Source of the DNA: Acutalibacteraceae bacterium
Lineage (GTDB): Bacteria > Bacillota > Clostridia > Oscillospirales > Acutalibacteraceae
Direction: 5' to 3'
Length of the DNA stretch: 64,000 nucleotides
Assembly: GCA_045634325.1 (NCBI GenBank)
Contig: JAZRAA010000040.1
Location: forward strand, 33,002-97,001
A program made the translations under genes and the position numbers. Positions 38,326 to 46,736 of the stretch are shown here, piece by piece (the first letter of the stretch is position 1; every line of letters starts with the position of its first letter). The notes under the pieces are model-generated. The model ran no database searches. It was not told where the DNA came from and saw only the letters and a list, made by a program, of their open reading frames with translations.

Positions 38326-39120
38326 TTAAAATATAATTTTTACAGGACATTTCTCGGCACAAGTGCCGCAATCGATACATTTTTCGTGCGAGATAACCGC
38401 CACGCCGTCATCCAGCGTAATGGCTTGGGTAGGACAGTTTTTCGCACAGATGCCGCAAGCGATACAACCGATATCGCACACAGCTTTGACATCTTTGCCT
38501 TTATCGTGGGACGAACACCGCACCGTGTAAGGACGTCCCGCCGGTTGTAAACTAATCAAGTTTTTCGGGCAAGCTTTCACACATTTGCCACACGCAATAC
38601 ATGCTTCTTCATCCACCACGGCGATGCCATCTACCATATGGATGCATTGTTGCGGACAAACTTTGGCGCAAGAGCCAAATCCGAGACAACCAAACGCACA
38701 TTGCTTTTGTCCACCACCGGGAGCCAACGCCGCCGCTTCACAGGTTTCAATACCGTCGTATACATATTTTGCGCCGGCACGCTCACAACTGCCCGCACAA
38801 TGTACCATTGCCGCCAAACGCGTCGCTTCCTCAGCTTGTTTGCCCATGATTTCCCCAATTGCTTTGGCGCCTGCGGCACCGGCAACGGGGCATAGATGAA
38901 CGGGTGCATTATCCTCGGCTATCGCCTTAGCATACGCATCACAACCGACATAGCCGCAACCGCCACAGTTAGAACCGGACAATATATTGCGTACCGCCGT
39001 TTGTTTTTCATTTTCGGCTACCGCTAATAGTTTACCCGCGACACCGAGAATGATACCAAGCAGCAGACCGACACCTGCGACAACGCCTGCTGCAATCAAA
39101 ATCCCCAAATAATTTTCCAT
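38326..39120 (-). CDS. rnfB: Rnf complex subunit B (ferredoxin-binding, polyferredoxin)
   Basis: N-terminal TM, a CGGCGYVGC cluster and several CxxCxxCxxxCP motifs. 264 aa. Confidence 0.92.
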   Translation of the reverse strand: MENYLGILIAAGVVAGVGLLLGIILGVAGKLLAVAENEKQTAVRNILSGSNCGGCGYVGCDAYAKAIAEDNAPVHLCPVAGAAGAKAIGEIMGKQAEEATRLAAMVHCAGSCERAGAKYVYDGIETCEAAALAPGGGQKQCAFGCLGFGSCAKVCPQQCIHMVDGIAVVDEEACIACGKCVKACPKNLISLQPAGRPYTVRCSSHDKGKDVKAVCDIGCIACGICAKNCPTQAITLDDGVAVISHEKCIDCGTCAEKCPVKIIF

Positions 39121-39132
39121 TGTCTTCCTCCT

Positions 39133-39711
39133 TTACAACAAGGACTTAAAGCCGAAAAATGCCAACGACATCAATCCCGCCGTCATCAACACAATCGGTG
39201 TCCCTTTAAAGGATTCCGGTATATCGTTATCTGCGATTTTTTCACGCACACCCGCCATGATGACAATAGCAACGGTAAAACCAACCGCCGTACCGAAACC
39301 GCTCACCACGCTGGTGATAAACGAATATTCATTCTGCACATTATTGAGTGCCGCACCCAACACCGCACAGTTAGTGGTGATGAGCGGCAAATATACGCCC
39401 AGGGCACGATATAACCCTACGCTGTATTTTTTGAGCACCATTTCTACCAACTGCACCAGAGCGGCGATGACTAAAATAAACACAATCGTTTGCAGATAGC
39501 CAAGACCGAGCGGTTGCAAAATACCGGTATAAATTAACGACGTAAGTGCAGAAGAAACCGTGATAACACAGATAACCGCCAATCCCATACCGGAAGCGGT
39601 TTTCACCTGACCGGAAACGCCGACGAACGGGCACAAACCTAAAAACTGGCTAAGTACCACGTTATTAATCAGCGCAGTGGTGAGCAAAACAAGAAACAAA
39701 TTATCACTCAT
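39133..39711 (-). CDS. rnfA: Rnf complex subunit A
   Basis: 192 aa polytopic protein starting LINNVVLSQFLGLCPF. Start trimmed to ATG 39709-39711 (ATGA overlap with the rnfE stop). Confidence 0.92.
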   Translation of the reverse strand: MSDNLFLVLLTTALINNVVLSQFLGLCPFVGVSGQVKTASGMGLAVICVITVSSALTSLIYTGILQPLGLGYLQTIVFILVIAALVQLVEMVLKKYSVGLYRALGVYLPLITTNCAVLGAALNNVQNEYSFITSVVSGFGTAVGFTVAIVIMAGVREKIADNDIPESFKGTPIVLMTAGLMSLAFFGFKSLL

Positions 39712-40382
39712 TGTGCATCCCCCTCTCCGCTTTCGCACGCCGTACAACCACCGCAATGGCCGTTACAGGTCTTTGCGCCTTTACGGTTAGTGGCAGAGGG
39801 CGCTTTGAGTTTGTTCTGCAAAGCCGTGAGAATTGCCAACACAAAGAACGCACCCGGCGCCAACACCAAAATCGGAATGGTATACGTTTCGGGAAGCACG
39901 CGCAACCCAAACACCGTACCCGCACCCAGCAATTCACGCACAGCGCCCAAAATGGTGAGTGCTACCGTAAAGCCCAGACCCATACCGATACCGTCAAACA
40001 AAGCAGGCATGGGTTTGTTTTTAGAAGCATACGATTCCGCGCGGCCGAGAATAATACAGTTGACCACAATGAGCGGAATATAAATGCCCAACGTCTCATA
40101 CAGGCCGGTCACAAATGCCTGCATCAGCAATTGTACCATGGTAACAAACGAAGCTACCACCACAATGTAAGCGGGCATTCGCACCTTATCAGGAATGACA
40201 TTGCGCAAAATGGAAATCAGTAAATTGGAAAGCATCAACACAACCGTGGTGGAAAGACCCATACCGAGTCCGTTAAAAGCGGCGGTGGTGACCGCCAAGG
40301 TAGGACACATACCCAACATCAACATAAAGGTGGGGTTTTCTTTGATAATGCCGTTATATAACCGTTCTAAACACGTTTTCAT
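39708..40382 (-). CDS. rnfE: Rnf complex subunit E (with Cys-rich C-terminal tail)
   Basis: NPTFMLMLGMCPTLAVT and PLIVVNCIILGRAE motifs. Start trimmed to ATG 40380-40382 (ATGA overlap with the rnfG stop). The tail sequence is CNGHCGGCTAC. Confidence 0.9.
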   Translation of the reverse strand: MKTCLERLYNGIIKENPTFMLMLGMCPTLAVTTAAFNGLGMGLSTTVVLMLSNLLISILRNVIPDKVRMPAYIVVVASFVTMVQLLMQAFVTGLYETLGIYIPLIVVNCIILGRAESYASKNKPMPALFDGIGMGLGFTVALTILGAVRELLGAGTVFGLRVLPETYTIPILVLAPGAFFVLAILTALQNKLKAPSATNRKGAKTCNGHCGGCTACESGEGDAQ

Positions 40383-40996
40383 GCATCCAACCCCCCCCCG
40401 ACCATATATTCCGAAACGAACCAAACGCCCGCATTCACCGCATTGGTCACCCCTTGAGAAGTGACGGTAGCACCACTGATGCTGTCGATTTGTGTTTCAT
40501 TCGCACCGCCCTTGACCACCGAAAGGGTGGTAGCGGATTTGCCGGCAAATTGTCCATAAAACGACTCGTCGGTACATTTAGAACCCAGTCCCGCAGTTTC
40601 GGTGTGGGACAAAATGGAAATACCGGTGAGCTTACCGTCTGTTCCAATACCCAACGTCAAATCAATAGGACCGCCGTAGCCGTTACCGCTGACGGTTAAT
40701 ACATACCCGATTTTCTCGCCGTTTGCATCGGTAGCATACAAGGCATCCGCCACCTTGCAGCCTGCAAAACCGGCTTTTGCCAACGCTTCATCTGCGGTTG
40801 TTAACGCCTTGTTGACGGTCTCATCTTCCGCGAAAGATGCCGCTTGTGAGAAAATACCGCGATACGCCTTTGCACGTGCTTCAAGAGCCGCTCTCGCAAT
40901 TGGCTCTTTAGTCACCGCATATACCGCCGCCAACAAGACACCTGCTACCAACGTAATCATAAACAAGGCAAATGCATCTTTTGCTATTTTCTTCAT
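40379..40996 (-). CDS. rnfG: Rnf complex subunit G (FMN-binding)
   Basis: N-terminal TM, SHTETAGLGSK and the flavinylation site DSISGATVTS. 205 aa. Confidence 0.92.
   Translation of the reverse strand: MKKIAKDAFALFMITLVAGVLLAAVYAVTKEPIARAALEARAKAYRGIFSQAASFAEDETVNKALTTADEALAKAGFAGCKVADALYATDANGEKIGYVLTVSGNGYGGPIDLTLGIGTDGKLTGISILSHTETAGLGSKCTDESFYGQFAGKSATTLSVVKGGANETQIDSISGATVTSQGVTNAVNAGVWFVSEYMVGGGLDA
40391..40399 (-). repeat. G9 homopolymer (C9 on plus strand) in the last codons of rnfG, 9 nt upstream of the rnfE ATG
   Basis: Plus strand reads ccccccccc at 40391-40399, coding the GGG of ...YMVGGGLDA*. Confidence 0.95.
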
Positions 40997-41946
40997 GCTT
41001 TTGCCTCCTTTTTCACGCCGAAAGCGCGCGGTAGTGTCACCTTTTCAATGAGCGGCACCAAAATGTTGCCCAGCACGATTGCATAGGAGACACCCTCAGC
41101 CGCCGAACCGACTAATCGGAACAACGCGGTCAGCACGCCAATCAAAATGGCATACAACCATTGACCGCCACGCGTGATGGGGCTGGTAGAATAATCGGTT
41201 GCCATAAAGAACGCACCGAGCATCAAACCGCCGCTGCACAATTGCGCCGCCAAATACGATAACGTGGGCAAGCCACTGCCGTTCAGCAAGGAAATCAACG
41301 TGACAGATACCGCAAAACTTCCCAAATATACCAACGGAATACGCGGACTAATCACATGACGCACCAACATATACGCCGCACCAAGCAAGATTGCCACGGT
41401 GGACACCTCGCCGATACAACCCGCACGTGTGCCAAACACCAGTGACAGCATATCCACCGTTTCACCCGCCTTCATAGCAGCAAGCGGGGTGGCTCCTGTG
41501 ACACCGTCCAAGCCCGCAGGATAGGTGGTCATATAGCCACCAAAAGAAATCAGCATGAAACAACGTGCGGCTAATGCGGGGTTAATAAAGTTTTGTCCGA
41601 TGCCACCAAACAGTTGCTTGACAGCAATAATTGCAAACACACTGCCCAAGACAGCAATCCAAATCGGAATACCGACAGGCAAATTATACGCCAGCAACAA
41701 GCCGGTAACCAGCGCACTGCAATCCCCGATAGTCACCGGGAGTTTTAACAGTTTTTCATATACAAACTCCGAAAGCATGCAAGTGAGCACGCAAACGCCA
41801 ATTACCAGCAACGCGCGCCAGCCAAAATTCCACACACCGAACACACCTGCCGGCAACAGTGCAATGGCGACGTCCGCCATGATTTCACCTGTGTTGGTGT
41901 GCGCATGGATATGCGGCGAAAAAGAAATGCGTTTTAAAGTATTCAT
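40993..41946 (-). CDS. rnfD: Rnf complex subunit D
   Basis: 317 aa polytopic protein with the flavinylation site GVTGATPLAA. Confidence 0.92.
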   Translation of the reverse strand: MNTLKRISFSPHIHAHTNTGEIMADVAIALLPAGVFGVWNFGWRALLVIGVCVLTCMLSEFVYEKLLKLPVTIGDCSALVTGLLLAYNLPVGIPIWIAVLGSVFAIIAVKQLFGGIGQNFINPALAARCFMLISFGGYMTTYPAGLDGVTGATPLAAMKAGETVDMLSLVFGTRAGCIGEVSTVAILLGAAYMLVRHVISPRIPLVYLGSFAVSVTLISLLNGSGLPTLSYLAAQLCSGGLMLGAFFMATDYSTSPITRGGQWLYAILIGVLTALFRLVGSAAEGVSYAIVLGNILVPLIEKVTLPRAFGVKKEAKA

Positions 41947-43283
41947 TTTTTTGCCGCCTCCCTTGTTTGTTTATTAGCAGTGGAAATCGCCGTCTTGGCT
42001 TGCACAAAACTTTGCGTCAAATAAATGTGTGCGGGGCACACATACGAACAACTACCGCAGGAAACACATTCCATGCCGTTCAAATTCTTGAATGCATCCA
42101 TATCGCCTTTTCGCACGGCTTTCACCATTAACTGCGGCACCAAATTTGCGGGACACACACGCACACAGCGTCCACAGTGGATACAATTGGTGGTTTTCAA
42201 ATCCGCCGTTTGATTGTTTGTAAATGCCAGCAGTGCAGAAGTAGTTTTCTGCACCGGCACATCAGCGCTCATCAGCGCCGTACCCATCATCGGACCACCC
42301 GCAATGAGTTGTTGCGGTTCCGTCGCAAAACCACCCGCAAGCTCTACAACCTCTTGCAAAGAAATGCCAATGGGCACTTCATAGTTGCCGGGATTGCAAT
42401 AGGCGTTGCCCGACAAGGTAACGATGCGGGTGAGCAACGGCGTGTTTTCTACTACGGCACGATACAGTGCAATCACCGTTGCCACGTTGTGCACAATGCA
42501 GCCTGCCTCGTAAGGCAACATACGGGAATGTACTTTCTTGCCGGTCAACGCATAAATCAGTGAGCGCTCACCGCCTTGCGGATATTTGGTTTTCAGTGCG
42601 CCCACAGAAATTCCCGCATGTTCATCTGCTTTATGAGAAAGCAGACGAATCGCCTCCGGTTTATTATCTTCAATGCCAATAATTGCTTTGGCATTCGGGA
42701 ACATTTGAAGCAAAATACGAATACCGCCAAACAAAGCATCACTTTGTTCCAGCATCAAACGGTAATCCGATGTGAGATACGGCTCGCATTCCGCACCGTT
42801 GATGATGATATGCGTAATGGCGTTATCCTCACGAGGAGTAAGTTTTACATCAGCAGGGAAACCTGCGCCGCCCAAGCCGACAATGCCCGCCGCACGCGCA
42901 ATCTCGCGGATTTGACCGTTATCCAAATCATGAAAATCATCGTGCGGCGTTCCCCACTCACAAGCGGTATACTGCCCGTCATTATCCACCACGATGGACA
43001 GCACACGATTACCCGAAACAGTCAGCCGTTTTTCTATCGCTTTGACGGTACCCGACACGGCTGCACAAATACCCGCAGATAAGCCGTCGGCAGGCATGGC
43101 GATCTGCTGTCCGACCAGCACCATATCACCTTTTTTTACCGTCGGCACCGCAGGCTTACCGATATGCTGCGACAACGGATATACCGCTTCTCCGACAGGG
43201 CGCAACTGCTGTATCGGCAACGAGGCTGTCAACGCCTTACCATCGTACATATGCACGCCACCGCGAAATGTGTTTTTCAACAT
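41943..43283 (-). CDS. rnfC: Rnf complex subunit C (NADH-binding, 2x[4Fe-4S])
   Basis: GLGGAGFP and two CxxCxxCxxxCP motifs (CIHCGRCVRVCP, CVSCGSCSYVCP). Start trimmed to ATG 43281-43283 with an AAGGAGAG SD. Confidence 0.92.
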   Translation of the reverse strand: MLKNTFRGGVHMYDGKALTASLPIQQLRPVGEAVYPLSQHIGKPAVPTVKKGDMVLVGQQIAMPADGLSAGICAAVSGTVKAIEKRLTVSGNRVLSIVVDNDGQYTACEWGTPHDDFHDLDNGQIREIARAAGIVGLGGAGFPADVKLTPREDNAITHIIINGAECEPYLTSDYRLMLEQSDALFGGIRILLQMFPNAKAIIGIEDNKPEAIRLLSHKADEHAGISVGALKTKYPQGGERSLIYALTGKKVHSRMLPYEAGCIVHNVATVIALYRAVVENTPLLTRIVTLSGNAYCNPGNYEVPIGISLQEVVELAGGFATEPQQLIAGGPMMGTALMSADVPVQKTTSALLAFTNNQTADLKTTNCIHCGRCVRVCPANLVPQLMVKAVRKGDMDAFKNLNGMECVSCGSCSYVCPAHIYLTQSFVQAKTAISTANKQTREAAKK

Positions 43284-43373
43284 AAACCAACTCTCCTTCT
43301 TTCTGCTAAATATTTTTTGCAAAAAGATAACAATTATCAAAATGAACATAGCATTCGTAAATTATACATCACT

Positions 43374-43402
43374 ATTATACCATATATATATACTTTTTGC
43401 AA
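43374..43402 (-). promoter_or_regulatory. sigma-A promoter for rnfCDGEAB (TTGCAA-N17-TGgTATAAT)
   Basis: Minus strand has TTGCAA (43397-43402), a 17-nt spacer and an extended -10 with TATAAT (43374-43379). Confidence 0.6.
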
Positions 43403-43410
43403 TGTATTTT

Positions 43411-43453
43411 AAAAGACAAAAACACCACACGGCAAAAATTTGCCGTGTGGTGT
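43411..43453 (-). terminator. rho-independent terminator after fba
   Basis: 15-bp perfect stem ACACCACACGGCAAA/TTTGCCGTGTGGTGT (43422-43453) followed on the minus strand by TTTTGTCTTTT. Confidence 0.85.
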
Positions 43454-43467
43454 GTATGCACGTATGT

Positions 43468-44331
43468 TTACGCTTTGTTGACACTGCCGAACAGTTCCAT
43501 TTTTTCTTTGACGGTCGCTTTGATGGCTTCTACACCGGGAGCGAGCAATTTTCTGGGGTCAAAGCCTTTACCCTGCAAATCTTTGCCGGCTTCCACATAT
43601 TCGCGGGTAGCAGCCGCAAAAGCGAGCTGGCATTCGGTGTTAACGTTGATTTTGGAAACGCCCAAGTCAATCGCCTTTTTAATCATGTCAGCAGGGATAC
43701 CGGTGCCACCGTGCAAAACGAGCGGCATAGCGCCGGTTTTCTCCTGTACAGCCGCCAGCGTTTCGAAGCTGAGGCCTGCCCAGTTTTCAGGATATTTGCC
43801 ATGGATGTTGCCGATACCGGCAGCCAACATGGTCACACCCAAATCAGCAATTGCTTTGCACTCGTCGGGGTCAGCGCATTCGCCGTTACCCACAACGCCG
43901 TCTTCTTCGCCGCCGATAGCGCCGACTTCTGCTTCCAGAGAAAGACCTTTCTCTTCACAGATTTTCACCAGTTCAGTGGTCTTTTGAATGTTTTCATCAA
44001 TCGGATAATGAGAGCCGTCAAACATAACCGAAGAGAAGCCTGCCTCGATGCAAGCCATAGCGCCTTCATAGCTGCCGTGGTCAAGGTGCAACGCAACCGG
44101 CACGGTGATGTTGAGATTCTTGAGCATGCCTTCGACCATGCCCACAACCGTGGAATAACCGCACATATATTTACCTGCGCCCTCGGATACACCGAGGATG
44201 ACAGGAGAATTCAGTTCCTGTGCGGTCAAAAGAATGGCTTTGGTCCATTCCAGATTGTTAATGTTGAACTGACCGACAGCATAGTGGCCGGCCTTTGCTT
44301 TGGTAAGCATTTCTTTTGCGGATACTAACAT
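43468..44331 (-). CDS. fba: class II fructose-1,6-bisphosphate aldolase
   Basis: 287 aa with AVGQFNINNLE, VALHLDHGS and GGEEDG motifs. Start trimmed to ATG 44329-44331 with a GGAGGA SD. Confidence 0.94.
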   Translation of the reverse strand: MLVSAKEMLTKAKAGHYAVGQFNINNLEWTKAILLTAQELNSPVILGVSEGAGKYMCGYSTVVGMVEGMLKNLNITVPVALHLDHGSYEGAMACIEAGFSSVMFDGSHYPIDENIQKTTELVKICEEKGLSLEAEVGAIGGEEDGVVGNGECADPDECKAIADLGVTMLAAGIGNIHGKYPENWAGLSFETLAAVQEKTGAMPLVLHGGTGIPADMIKKAIDLGVSKINVNTECQLAFAAATREYVEAGKDLQGKGFDPRKLLAPGVEAIKATVKEKMELFGSVNKA

Positions 44332-44387
44332 GTTAAATTCCTCCGAACTATGAATTTTCGATTGTGGCTGATAGCCACGTTGCATCT

Positions 44388-44416
44388 ATTATACAGTGTT
44401 ATACAGTAAAAAGCAA
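44388..44416 (-). promoter_or_regulatory. sigma-A promoter for fba (TTGCTT-N17-TATAAT)
   Basis: Minus strand has TTGCTT (44411-44416), a 17-nt spacer and TATAAT (44388-44393). Confidence 0.5.
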
Positions 44417-44444
44417 TACACAATCGGGCGCTTTTTCATATAAT

Positions 44445-46730
44445 TCACGCAAAAGTGACATCAATTTCACCATTCTCGCCCACATCTGCGGTAATAACGG
44501 CGGGCGACGTCGGTGCCTTTTCCACCAAAACAGTGGCAATCGCATCCTCAATCTCCCGTCGAATGACATTGCGCAAATCACGTGCACCACGCTTTCCGCC
44601 GTGTGATTTCTTAGCTAAAACAGCGGCAACAGCAGGTGTAAAGGTGAATTTGATACCCTTATCTTTCAGCGGTTGTTCCAACTGCGACAGCATCAAAGCA
44701 GCAATTTTCTCAAAACTGTCAAGCGACAGCGGCGAGAAAAACACCACTTCGTCCACACGCCCAATAAATTCGGGTCGCAAGAATTCTCGCAACGCTTTCA
44801 TCGCACGGTCTTTTGAAGCCTGCGCATCGGTTTTGCCAAAACCCATCAGCGTATCGGCAAACTGACTGCCCGCATTGGAAGTCATCACAATCACCGTGTT
44901 GGCAAAATTGACCACTCTGCCGTGTGCATCGGTGATTTTGCCTTCATCCAGAATTTGCAACAAAATATTGAGCACATCGGGATGCGCTTTTTCAATTTCG
45001 TCAAACAACAAAACAGAATATGGTTTGCGACGCACTTTTTCGGTGAGTTGTCCCGCTTCATCATACCCCACATAACCGGGCGGAGAACCAATAATACGGG
45101 AAACTGCGTGTTTTTCCATAAATTCCGACATATCCAGTCGAATCAATGTTTCGGGGGTGTCAAACAACTCGTTTGCAAGCACCTTGACCAGTTCGGTCTT
45201 GCCCACACCGGTAGAGCCGACAAAAATGAAAGATGCGGGACGCGGGATGGGACTGATTTGCACACGGGAACGGCGCACTGCCGCCGCTACCAAATGCACC
45301 GCCTCGTCCTGACCGATGACCTTGTCACGCAACCGTTGTTCCAAAGCGGACAGTTTACCCAGTTCGCTTTGTTCAATTTTTGCGGCGGGAATACCCGTCC
45401 ACAATTCAATCACCCGTGCCAAATGGGCATCGGTGACCGGTGCGTGTAACGCCGTTTCTTCCAACGCTTGTGCAGACTGCTGCGCTTGTAACAATTCCGC
45501 TCTGGTATGCGCCAATTGTTCATAATCTACCGCTTCTGCTTCCATCTGCGTTTTTTCGAGCGCTTGCAAGCGGTCGCATTCCTTTTGTATTGACGCATAT
45601 TGCACCGCATCCTGATTAGCGAGCGAAGCCGCCGCAGATGCCTCGTCAATTAAATCGATTGCCTTATCCGGCAAAAAGCGGTCGGTAATATACCGTTCAG
45701 ACAAAGTGACCGCACGATGCAAAATTTCATCCGACAACAAAACGCCATGATATTGCTCATACCGAGGGCGCAAACCTTTCAAAATGGCAACCGATTCCGC
45801 AACGGACGGTTCCTCCACCGTCACCGGTTGGAAACGGCGTTCGAGAGCTGCATCTTTTTCGATGTGCTTGCGGTATTCGTTAAACGTAGTGGCACCCACC
45901 ACCTGAATTTCGCCGCGAGAAAGTGCCGGTTTCATAATATTTGCCGCCGACATACTCCCCTCGGAATCACCGGTGCCCACCAAACTGTGCACCTCGTCAA
46001 TGAAGAGGATAATATTGCCCTCCGCCTTGACTTCATCCAGCAAACCTTTGATGCGGCTTTCGAACTGTCCACGGAACTGTGTGCCCGCGACCAGTGCGGT
46101 CAAATCCAGCAAAAATACCTCTTTGTCCTGCAACCGCATCGGCACGTTGCCGTCAGCAATGCGTTGCGCCAAGCCCTCGGCAATCGCCGTTTTACCGACA
46201 CCGGGTTCGCCGATTAAGCAAGGATTGTTTTTGGTGCGGCGAGATAAAATCTGGGTGACACGATAGATTTCGTCTTCTCTGCCAATAACGGGGTCCATAT
46301 TACCCGCTTTGGCTTTCGCGGTTAAATCATGACAATATTGATTGAGAAAACGACGTTTGCGTTCTTTCGGGTCGCCCTCTTTTCCTTTTTTATCCTTTTT
46401 GCCTTTTTGCGAAGCATGCATACCATTTTCCGGTGACATACCACCAAACAAATTTTGCAAAAACGGAAACACCGGCGCACCACCCGCACTGAAATTCTCA
46501 TCCTCGTCGGTTTGCGCGAGTTCACCGCCCATCATTTCCTGCATCTGATTTTCCATTTGTTCGATGTCCTCTTCATCCACACCGAATTTATCCAGCATGT
46601 CGGTCACCGATTTGATGTTGAGTGCTTTTGCACAGGTGAGGCAATAGCCCTCGTTGATAACTTTTTCTCCCTCCATGCGCGTCACAAACACCACGGCAGG
46701 ACGCTTTTGACAACGGGAACACAAGGTCAT
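44445..46730 (-). CDS. ClpE-type two-AAA+ Clp/Hsp100 ATPase with N-terminal zinc ribbon
   Basis: 761 aa. The N-terminus is CSRCQKRPA-x22-CLTCAK, with no Clp_N repeats. There are two Walker A motifs (GEPGVGKTA, GSTGVGKTE), a short middle coiled coil and a candidate ClpP loop LMGFG. Confidence 0.85.
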   Translation of the reverse strand: MTLCSRCQKRPAVVFVTRMEGEKVINEGYCLTCAKALNIKSVTDMLDKFGVDEEDIEQMENQMQEMMGGELAQTDEDENFSAGGAPVFPFLQNLFGGMSPENGMHASQKGKKDKKGKEGDPKERKRRFLNQYCHDLTAKAKAGNMDPVIGREDEIYRVTQILSRRTKNNPCLIGEPGVGKTAIAEGLAQRIADGNVPMRLQDKEVFLLDLTALVAGTQFRGQFESRIKGLLDEVKAEGNIILFIDEVHSLVGTGDSEGSMSAANIMKPALSRGEIQVVGATTFNEYRKHIEKDAALERRFQPVTVEEPSVAESVAILKGLRPRYEQYHGVLLSDEILHRAVTLSERYITDRFLPDKAIDLIDEASAAASLANQDAVQYASIQKECDRLQALEKTQMEAEAVDYEQLAHTRAELLQAQQSAQALEETALHAPVTDAHLARVIELWTGIPAAKIEQSELGKLSALEQRLRDKVIGQDEAVHLVAAAVRRSRVQISPIPRPASFIFVGSTGVGKTELVKVLANELFDTPETLIRLDMSEFMEKHAVSRIIGSPPGYVGYDEAGQLTEKVRRKPYSVLLFDEIEKAHPDVLNILLQILDEGKITDAHGRVVNFANTVIVMTSNAGSQFADTLMGFGKTDAQASKDRAMKALREFLRPEFIGRVDEVVFFSPLSLDSFEKIAALMLSQLEQPLKDKGIKFTFTPAVAAVLAKKSHGGKRGARDLRNVIRREIEDAIATVLVEKAPTSPAVITADVGENGEIDVTFA

Positions 46731-46736
46731 GAACGG

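Noticed and set aside
41943-43349. N-terminally extended versions of many track ORFs, for example rnfC 43349, ecfA1 52709, ruvA 56602, rsfS 6467, fba 44385, rnfA 39756, rnfE 40424, rdgB 9840 and nrnA 30578.
   Set aside because: The extensions lack SD sequences, overlap the upstream gene and add non-homologous residues ahead of the conserved family N-terminus. In each case an internal ATG with a good SD sits at or next to the upstream stop.
42994-44328. 444-aa plus-strand ORF spanning the rnfC 5' end, the rnf promoter, the fba terminator and fba.
   Set aside because: It crosses an intergenic region containing a strong terminator hairpin and promoter for minus-strand genes. Both overlapped minus-strand genes are unambiguous.
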